The position numbers were made by a program, and so were the translations under genes. Positions 1-5,889 of a stretch of DNA of 10,481 bases are shown in pieces (position 1 is the stretch's first letter; the number at the start of each line of letters is the position of its first letter). Origin of the DNA: a virus (lineage: Duplodnaviria; Heunggongvirae; Uroviricota; Caudoviricetes); the IMG/VR virus record IMGVR_UViG_2690316224_000018; one strand, written 5' to 3'. A model generated the notes under the pieces. That model made no database searches and was not told the DNA's origin. It saw only the letters and a list, made by a program, of their open reading frames with translations.

Positions 1-584
1 ATCATCCACCCAACTTAACTGAAACCGGGATGAAGTATATGCATATAAAGTTCACTTTGCCAAACTTCAGTATAAAAAACCACATAAAAAATAGGGTGTG
101 ATAAAAAATACCGTAACAATAAAGCAAAGGATTATAAATTCCGTTACAGTTACAAATGATACTCAAGAAACAATTCCTTAGGAAAAACTTATTTACAGCC
201 AATAAGTAAGACACTTATATGATATCAAGTTTTCATAAAACATAACTAGGCTAAATAGCTGCGCCTAATACCGCTACACTTTTGCCAGCCCATGTTTGCC
301 TCCGGGTATTGACCCCTTCTCTACGCAACTTCAGTTCCCACCACCAACTTTGCGGCAGCTTTGTAGGATCAATGTCTAAAAGAATAATGGTGACCGATAA
401 GAAAACGACTGAATAACTGCAAATTTTCGCTCAAAACCTTCCTGTCAGATCCATAGCGAATCAAGTGCTGAATGTCACAGTATCGAACAGAAAACAGTGA
501 CGATCTAACCCTTCAAGAATATTCTACGATTGTTCTGTTTAGGAAAAGCAAGGCGGGAAGTCGGGAGATAAGTCATTGATAAAG

Positions 585-646
585 TGGCGGAGAGAGGGGG
601 ATTTGAACCCCCGGTAGAGTTGCCCCTACTCCGGTTTTCGAGACCG
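585..646 (-). tRNA. Truncated tRNA-Ser (CGA-anticodon type) 3' segment, ~62 nt from anticodon stem to CCA; probable prophage att core (attR-type junction)
   Basis: Minus-strand reading 646->585 gives CGGTCTCGAAAACCGGAGTAGGGGCAACTCTACCGGGGGTTCAAATCCCCCTCTCTCCGCCA: anticodon loop CTCGAAA, a long variable arm typical of Ser tRNAs, T-arm GGGGG-TTCAAAT-CCCCC, acceptor 3' strand and CCA. The sequence 5' of it on the minus strand (647-675) has no GGAGAGA acceptor strand or D-arm, so the tRNA is incomplete. Assignment to an enterobacterial serU-like tRNA is from memory, not a search. Confidence 0.6.
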
Positions 647-723
647 ATGATACAGAGTCGAAAAATCAAAGAGTTAAAAATTTTTCTTGGAATAAATGTC
701 TTAAAATCGTACACGAAAAATCA

Positions 724-891
724 ATGAATTACATAACATTAAAGAAGAATATTCCAAGCCTTCTTGAGGCTACTACCTGTTTTCAGGTGTCATTCAGACG
801 TGATTTGCCCCAGATTGGGAAAGCACGCTTTTTTCTCAGCTATCGTCCTCTTATTTTGCCGTTACATTTCTTTTTGCACTCTAATGATTAA
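724..891 (+). CDS. Hypothetical small ORF (55 aa, MNYITLKKNIPSLLEATTCFQVSFRRDLPQIGKARFFLSYRPLILPLHFFLHSND); possibly a gene remnant
   Basis: Hand-translated ATG(724)..TAA(889-891); below the size cutoff of the supplied ORF track. No clear Shine-Dalgarno upstream (ACACGAAAAATCA-ATG). Sits in the AT-rich cargo region, opposite in orientation to the tail genes. Confidence 0.15.
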   Translation: MNYITLKKNIPSLLEATTCFQVSFRRDLPQIGKARFFLSYRPLILPLHFFLHSND

Positions 892-1138
892 TTTACAATA
901 ATAATATCGGTAATTATTGAGTAATAATAAATTGATTATTGCAAATGTAATTTAATTCCATCTTCGCGTTATATTCCAATCTTTAATCTCCGCATGGAAC
1001 AAGTTGCATGCGTGACTATATTAAGACAACTTATAACCACCAAAACATTTGCTTTGCAAACAAAAACAGTGACCATTGACTCTAAGAAAATTCCGATCTA
1101 TTGTTAGGGTCATCAAAGTTACTTAACAGTATTCCGAA

Positions 1139-1240
1139 ATGAAAATGCAAAGCAAGCTAATTGTCTTATTAAACATTATCATTGCATTTATATTATTTGA
1201 GCTTTTAGCTCAAAAATTTGGTTTGAGCACATTATTTTAA
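1139..1240 (+). CDS. Hypothetical small hydrophobic peptide (33 aa, MKMQSKLIVLLNIIIAFILFELLAQKFGLSTLF), probably one transmembrane helix
   Basis: Hand-translated ATG(1139)..TAA(1238-1240). Possible sigma70-like promoter upstream: TTGACT (1076-1081), 17-nt spacer, TATTGT (1099-1104). Strong plus-strand terminator ~150 bp downstream. Weak or absent Shine-Dalgarno; AT-rich context makes chance ORFs likely. Confidence 0.2.
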   Translation: MKMQSKLIVLLNIIIAFILFELLAQKFGLSTLF

Positions 1241-1389
1241 AGCAAGATAAACAATATCGGGCACTCTAGTTTTTATAATTAACAATTAAACGTCCATAAA
1301 ATGTTATTTACTTTTGTTCGCTATTGTCATATCTTAATATAGTGGCTTACGCCACTCTACTTTCATCATATTTTGTACGTTTATGTACT

Positions 1390-1419
1390 CGCCATGAAGC
1401 TCTTTCATGGCGATTTTTT
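1390..1419 (+). terminator. Rho-independent terminator, plus strand
   Basis: 9-bp perfect stem CGCCATGAA (1390-1398) / TTCATGGCG (1404-1412), 5-nt loop GCTCT, followed by A-TTTTTT (1413-1419). On the minus strand the stem is not followed by a T-run, so it is unidirectional (plus). Confidence 0.5.
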
Positions 1420-1505
1420 ATTCTTAATCCAAGAACATACTCCCTATCTATAGCAAAATCACTTTTTGAACAAAAGAATAACGTATTTAGGTAATCATTA
1501 CGAAT

Positions 1506-2087
1506 TTACCCTATAGGTGCTACTGGCCATTCAATATCCTGTGCAGTTGACGTATCAACACGGTTCAGCAATACCCGATACTTTTTCCATGCTTCCAGCA
1601 ACGAGATTTCTTCCTCCGTTGCGATCTCCAGATCTACAGCATCCTGAAGTGGCGCTATATGCTCACTGGCTACCTGCATCAGGCTGTTTTTTGTTTCTTC
1701 CGCCTCCCGGATCCGGAACAGTTTTTCTGCTTCCGTATCCTTCACCCAGGCTGTGCCGTTCCACTTCTGATATTCCCCTTCCGGCGATAACCAGGTGACA
1801 TTTTCCGGTAACGAGCCAAGTTCAGAAATAAATAACGCGTCGCCGGAAGCCACGTCATAGACGGTTTTTCCCCGATGATCTTCAACGAGATGCCACGATG
1901 CCTCATCACTGTTGAAAACAGCCACAAAGCCAGCCGGAATATCTGGCGGTGCAATATCGGTACTGTTTGCTGGCAGACCTGTATGAGGCGGAATATATGC
2001 GTCACCTTCACCAATAAATTCATTAGTTCCGGCCAGCAGATTATAAATTTTTATGGTCCGTGGTTGTTCACTCATTCTGAATGCCAT
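1506..2087 (-). CDS. tfa: Tail fiber assembly protein Tfa (193 aa), chaperone for the side tail fiber
   Basis: Translation begins [54 protein letters not shown]..., recognised as lambda Tfa / Rac TfaR family. Start ATG overlaps the stf stop as TAATG (shared A at 2087), implying translational coupling. Confidence 0.9.
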   Translation of the reverse strand: MAFRMSEQPRTIKIYNLLAGTNEFIGEGDAYIPPHTGLPANSTDIAPPDIPAGFVAVFNSDEASWHLVEDHRGKTVYDVASGDALFISELGSLPENVTWLSPEGEYQKWNGTAWVKDTEAEKLFRIREAEETKNSLMQVASEHIAPLQDAVDLEIATEEEISLLEAWKKYRVLLNRVDTSTAQDIEWPVAPIG

Positions 2088-5000
2088 TATGCAAGCCTCA
2101 CAATATAGTTAAATGCGATGTTTTTGACGGTGTTTTCCGCGTTACCAGCAGCGTTAACGGTGATGGTGTGTCCATGTGAACCAATCGCAACGGAGTGCGT
2201 ATGAGCACCAATACCGACAGTATGCGCGTGTGCACCTGCAGATGCTGCTGTGCCGGACAGTGAGTGGCTATGATTACCATCTGTACTGGTATTAGCTAAC
2301 CACCCCGTAGACATACCTACTGAGCCTTGTACACCCCAGGTATTTTGACCTGAGCTTGTATAACCATATTGATAAGTATCTTTAAAAACACTGGGGTTAA
2401 ATCGACGGCCATCTCTATGGCTGTGATTACCAGCTGCATTCGTGCTGCCACTTAAACTATGGGTATGCGCACCAGTGTTATTCGTGGATTTAGTGCCGTA
2501 ATCAAACGACGATGTGGTTTTCGTCCCCAAATCCGTACTGGATGCGCTGGCGCTGTGGGTATGCGATTTAATGCCATCCTGTTCCTGAGACAATACGGCA
2601 CGACCACTGGCGGGCTTGCCCTTAATCGTCCAGCCACGCATATCAGGGATCACGCCTGACGGATAAGCGGCTGCAAGTTTCGGGTAAGCAGATTTGTCAA
2701 AAGTCTGCCCCTGCATCAGGGCATAACCAGACGGAACGGTATCTGATGGCCACGGGATTGGTGCACCGACTGGATAAAACTCTGCAGGAGGATGAGCCGA
2801 GGTGTAAAGCTGCGCCCACGGCGACCAGTTTGCGTCGGTCGTATCCCGTCGTGAACGAATAAATGCCGGAGCATGAGCACCACTTGTACCACTCCAGCCG
2901 ATGAGTAACTCACCTTCGCCAACGGCTGTCATCCCTTTCAGGTGAATGATATTTCCATACGCTGTTGGATATCCGTTGTTATACACCTCGTATAACTCAA
3001 GACCTGCTGCCCCCTGCGTATTGTCTGTCAGCGCGGCTACCCGACCTTTTGAAGCCAGATTAACTGATGATACTGCTGTTCCACCTGACGGTAGCGCCCC
3101 GATCTCTGATGCCGTTGGCTTATTTCTGGAGTTATAGTCCCTTCGCCAGCCAGGTGAATAATCTGTTCCGTGATTAATATAGGTAAACTGGGCGTTGGTT
3201 GTTCCGCCACCGCTGGATGTGGTCGGAGTGGTAATGCGGATCGTCATCGCTGACTTTATCCCCATTACTTCAATGACAGCTCCGGCGAGATGAATATTAC
3301 CGCAGCCAGTATCAGTAATGATTTTATTATTGCCATAAGACCAGGAACCCTTGCACATCCAGTATGGATGGTTAAATGCTCCCTGAGAATCCAGCCACTC
3401 GATAAACTGTGCAGTCGTCCAGTTTCCTGTTGTTGTGCTTACTGACCCACCGAAGGCACGGCAGGCACCAATATTTTTCGTAAAGGTGTCTTTGCCAGGG
3501 ATATCCGCACCGTTCTGATCTTTCTGCAGACGTTTCTCAGCATTGTCATTGGCTGCTTTTACTGCCTTTGGCGTTGCCGCCAGCGTTTCAGACGTGCTGT
3601 TGGTCGCGCTGCTTAGCTGGATTATCCCTTTCTGTGCTGTCGTTGCATCCTGTGCGGTGTATTTCCCGTTAGCCAGGTCATACGCGGCCTTAACGGCTTT
3701 TGGCGTTGCCGCCAGTGACTCGGAAGTGCTGTTGGTCGCACTGCTGAGCTGTACTATCCCCTTTTTCGTCGTGCTCGCATCCTCAAGCGCCACGGCGGAT
3801 GCAATATCCTCTGCCCGTTTTGCCGCTGTCTCAGCGCGCGTTGCCGCGGATTCCGCCGTACTTTTGCTCTGAGCTGCTGCCGTCGCACTGCCAGCTGCCT
3901 CTGTCGCCTTCGTGGATGCCGTCGTGGCGCTACCCTTCGCTGCTGACGCCTGTCTGGTCGCCTCATCTTTTGAAGCAGACGCAGATGATGCCGATGACGA
4001 CGCCGAACTGGCTGACGATGCGGCAGCCGTTTTTGAGGATTCTGCGCTGGTTTCCGACGCTTTCGCGTTCGTCTCGGATGTCTTCGCTGCGGAAGCAGAC
4101 CTCGCTGCTGCGCTGGCCTGTACAGCGGCTTCGCCAGCCTTCGTTGTGGCTGTTGAAGCGGACGATGCAGCACTTTCTGCCGATTTTCCGGCGGCGGTGG
4201 CACTGGCTGAGGCCTGCCCGGCACTTGTTGACGCGGCACTGGCAGACGACGCAGCCGCTGTTTTTGAGCCTGCCGCAGCTGAGGCACTCTGTCCCGCTGC
4301 CGTTTCAGAAGCCTTGGCGTTCGTCTCGGACGTTTTTGCCGCCTTCGCAGAATTTGCTGTCGCCGTTGCCGAGGAAGCTGCGCTGCTGGCGCTCGAGGCT
4401 GCGCTCGTTTCTGATGATTTTGCCGCCTCTTTTGAAGCCGACGCATCCCGGGCTGAGGTGGCAGCTTCTGACGCTTTCGTGGTCGCGGTGGATGCTGAAG
4501 TGGCTGCTGATTGTTGTGACGCTGCCGCATTCGTTTCTGACGTTTTTGCCGCAGCGGCACTGGTGGCCGCCGCGCTTTTTGAGGACTCTGCAGCGGCAGC
4601 ACTTTTTGATGCTTCAGTGGCCTTTGCTGATGCCGTTCCTGCGCTGGAAGACGCTGACTGAGCCGACGAAGCGGCCTGTCCGGCTGACGTGCTGGCTGCG
4701 CGTGCTGAGCCTGCAGCATCAGTCGCATGGGTTGCCGCCTCACGGGCAGATGTGCCGGCATCGCCGGCTGACTTCTTCGCGGCTGCCGTGTTCTGTGCCA
4801 CTGCGGACGCGTTACGCGCCACCTCTTCCACCATCAGTTCAAAACGGCGCAGTGCCTCTGGCCGGACATCATCCTCCGTCATTGCACCGAGGAAATCATT
4901 CAGTGTGCCCGGCTTTGAGTCCTCATATACGGTGATAATCCCGGCGTGTGACGGCGGGAATCCCTCCACCAACAGACTGACGCTGTACTGACCATACTCG

Positions 5001-5158
5001 ACGTCCATTGTGTAACGCCCGGCTTCATCCGGGTTTTCTGAGGCCACTGTGTTCACCACCACCGTGGTGCTGTTGCGCCTGGCCTTTAGCTGAATGGTGC
5101 AGTTTTGTATCGGCTTACCTGCGCCATCTTTCAGTACACCTGAAATCCGTACTGCCAT
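2087..5158 (-). CDS. stf: Side tail fiber protein Stf (1023 aa), mosaic: lambda/Rac-like N-terminus, long Ala/Ser/Thr-rich repeat shaft, divergent central domain, conserved HxH-repeat C-terminus
   Basis: N-terminus [37 protein letters not shown]...[19 protein letters not shown] matches lambda Stf/StfR. Shaft (aa ~115-455) is repeats of [14 protein letters not shown] type. Conserved GI(V/I)[21 protein letters not shown] motif present twice. C-terminus [39 protein letters not shown]...GAHTHS...GNHSHS...[27 protein letters not shown]...[13 protein letters not shown]-like GGGGGG 3 nt upstream of ATG at 5158. Confidence 0.9.
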   Translation of the reverse strand: MAVRISGVLKDGAGKPIQNCTIQLKARRNSTTVVVNTVASENPDEAGRYTMDVEYGQYSVSLLVEGFPPSHAGIITVYEDSKPGTLNDFLGAMTEDDVRPEALRRFELMVEEVARNASAVAQNTAAAKKSAGDAGTSAREAATHATDAAGSARAASTSAGQAASSAQSASSSAGTASAKATEASKSAAAAESSKSAAATSAAAAKTSETNAAASQQSAATSASTATTKASEAATSARDASASKEAAKSSETSAASSASSAASSATATANSAKAAKTSETNAKASETAAGQSASAAAGSKTAAASSASAASTSAGQASASATAAGKSAESAASSASTATTKAGEAAVQASAAARSASAAKTSETNAKASETSAESSKTAAASSASSASSSASSASASKDEATRQASAAKGSATTASTKATEAAGSATAAAQSKSTAESAATRAETAAKRAEDIASAVALEDASTTKKGIVQLSSATNSTSESLAATPKAVKAAYDLANGKYTAQDATTAQKGIIQLSSATNSTSETLAATPKAVKAANDNAEKRLQKDQNGADIPGKDTFTKNIGACRAFGGSVSTTTGNWTTAQFIEWLDSQGAFNHPYWMCKGSWSYGNNKIITDTGCGNIHLAGAVIEVMGIKSAMTIRITTPTTSSGGGTTNAQFTYINHGTDYSPGWRRDYNSRNKPTASEIGALPSGGTAVSSVNLASKGRVAALTDNTQGAAGLELYEVYNNGYPTAYGNIIHLKGMTAVGEGELLIGWSGTSGAHAPAFIRSRRDTTDANWSPWAQLYTSAHPPAEFYPVGAPIPWPSDTVPSGYALMQGQTFDKSAYPKLAAAYPSGVIPDMRGWTIKGKPASGRAVLSQEQDGIKSHTHSASASSTDLGTKTTSSFDYGTKSTNNTGAHTHSLSGSTNAAGNHSHRDGRRFNPSVFKDTYQYGYTSSGQNTWGVQGSVGMSTGWLANTSTDGNHSHSLSGTAASAGAHAHTVGIGAHTHSVAIGSHGHTITVNAAGNAENTVKNIAFNYIVRLA
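3557..3763 (-). repeat. Internal tandem duplication (period ~132 nt, 44 codons) of the conserved fiber motif inside stf
   Basis: Protein copies [27 protein letters not shown] (aa 466-492) and [27 protein letters not shown] (aa 510-536); matching DNA segments visible at ~3689-3763 and ~3557-3631. Confidence 0.6.
3796..4816 (-). repeat. Low-complexity Ala/Ser/Thr-rich coding repeat region of the Stf shaft
   Basis: About 340 codons dominated by GCN/TCN/ACN with recurring [13 protein letters not shown]-type units; it is stop-free in several frames, which produces the long overlapping phantom ORFs in the track. Confidence 0.6.
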
Positions 5159-5167
5159 ATTCCCCCC

Positions 5168-5197
5168 ACAAAAAAGCCCGCCTGAACCGGCGGGCTG
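5168..5197 (-). terminator. Rho-independent terminator downstream of lom, immediately upstream of the stf ribosome-binding site
   Basis: Minus-strand hairpin AGCCCGCC(5196-5189) / GGTTCA loop / GGCGGGCT(5182-5175) followed by TTTTTT (plus-strand A-run 5170-5175), then GTGGGGGG-AAT-ATG of stf. Confidence 0.5.
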
Positions 5198-5222
5198 TCA
5201 TAACACTGTGTTACCTGGCTAA

Positions 5223-5822
5223 TCAGAATTTATAACCGACACCAACGATGAAACTGTTGGTACGCCAGTCACCGCTGCCGGAGCCTTCATAAGCGACGTC
5301 AACGGCCACGGATTCGGTCGGGTTAAACTGCACGCCAGCTCCCCACGCCAGAGACGTGTTGCTGTGGCGACCGTCATCACTTCCGGTCAGCACATCGTGC
5401 GTTTTCCCCTTGTTGTCAGTTACGCGGATATAATCCCCGGAGAAAGTCGACACACGGCTGTAAGCCATACCCGCCATCGCATACGCGCTGAACCATTCAT
5501 TCACGCGCACAGACGGCCCCGCCATCACGCTGAACCAGCGATTACGCACGGAATCCTCATGCCAGCGGGTATCGCTGTAATGCGTTTTTTGCTCATCTTC
5601 AGCGTTGGCATAACTGAATGACGTAATCAGCCCCAGCGTGTCCGTAAACTCATAACGGTATTTCACGTTAATCCCGTTCAGATTTTCGCTGCCGGGAGCG
5701 TTCGTACGGGCATGAAGATACCCTGCGCTCAGTGTGGCCTGCTGCTCAGACGCCCATGCAGGCGCACCGGATACGGCCAGACAGATGGCTGCGGACAAAA
5801 TGGCTGCACAAACTTTACGCAT
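5223..5822 (-). CDS. lom: Lom outer-membrane protein (Ail/Lom/PagC family 8-strand beta-barrel), 199 aa with signal peptide
   Basis: MRKVCAAILSAAICLAVSGAPAWASE...LSAGYLHARTNAPGS...NLNGINVKYRYEFTDTLG...SDTRWHEDSVRNRWFSVMAGPSVRVNEWFSAYAMAG...VGVGYKF matches lambda Lom closely; terminal F is typical of outer-membrane barrels. SD GAGAGG 5 nt upstream of ATG (5822). Confidence 0.9.
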   Translation of the reverse strand: MRKVCAAILSAAICLAVSGAPAWASEQQATLSAGYLHARTNAPGSENLNGINVKYRYEFTDTLGLITSFSYANAEDEQKTHYSDTRWHEDSVRNRWFSVMAGPSVRVNEWFSAYAMAGMAYSRVSTFSGDYIRVTDNKGKTHDVLTGSDDGRHSNTSLAWGAGVQFNPTESVAVDVAYEGSGSGDWRTNSFIVGVGYKF

Positions 5823-5844
5823 AATTACCTCTCGCTTTTCTGCA

Positions 5845-5871
5845 ATAAAAAAGGCGCCATTTCTGGCGCCC
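5845..5871 (-). terminator. Rho-independent terminator between the J stop and lom
   Basis: Minus-strand hairpin GGCGCCA(5870-5864) / GAAA loop / TGGCGCC(5859-5853) followed by TTTTTTATT (plus-strand 5845-5852). Confidence 0.5.
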
Positions 5872-5889
5872 GTATATGGGTTATAAAAT

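Noticed and set aside
2-214. 70-aa minus-strand ORF at the left edge
   Set aside because: Extremely Phe/Ile/Asn/Tyr-rich product from AT-rich DNA, no ribosome-binding site, and truncated at the window edge; most likely non-coding.
505-714. 69-aa minus-strand ORF spanning the tRNA fragment
   Set aside because: It reads straight through the tRNA-Ser-like sequence, and its product (…SRGNSTGGSNPPLSA…) is just the translated tRNA arm; spurious.
994-1107. 37-aa plus-strand ORF (MEQVACVTILRQLITTKTFALQTKTVTIDSKKIPIYC) and 35-aa minus-strand ORF 972-1076
   Set aside because: No ribosome-binding site and no distinctive features; they overlap the putative promoter of the 1139-1240 ORF; kept only as part of the AT-rich region finding.
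1517-2108. ORFs 1517-1798 (+), 1742-2023 (-) and 1875-2108 (+) overlapping tfa
   Set aside because: Fully embedded in or antisense to the Tfa coding sequence, which has a clear family match; no independent start signals.
2098-3137. Short ORFs embedded in the 3' part of stf (2098-2280 minus, 2452-2637 minus, 2459-2659 plus, 2716-2922 minus, 2946-3137 plus)
   Set aside because: Out-of-frame or antisense to Stf, with no independent signals.
3754-4935. Long ORFs in alternative frames through the stf repeat shaft (3754-4761 minus, 3799-4935 plus, 3912-4661 plus, 3543-3872 plus)
   Set aside because: Stop-free only because of the GCN/TCN/ACN repeat composition; the in-frame Stf reading is continuous with conserved N- and C-terminal modules.
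2087-5158. Possible diversity-generating retroelement or CRISPR/defence system associated with the tail fiber
   Set aside because: No reverse-transcriptase-like ORF, no template/variable repeat pair outside the internal stf duplication, no direct-repeat/spacer array, and no unexplained large ORF anywhere in the window.
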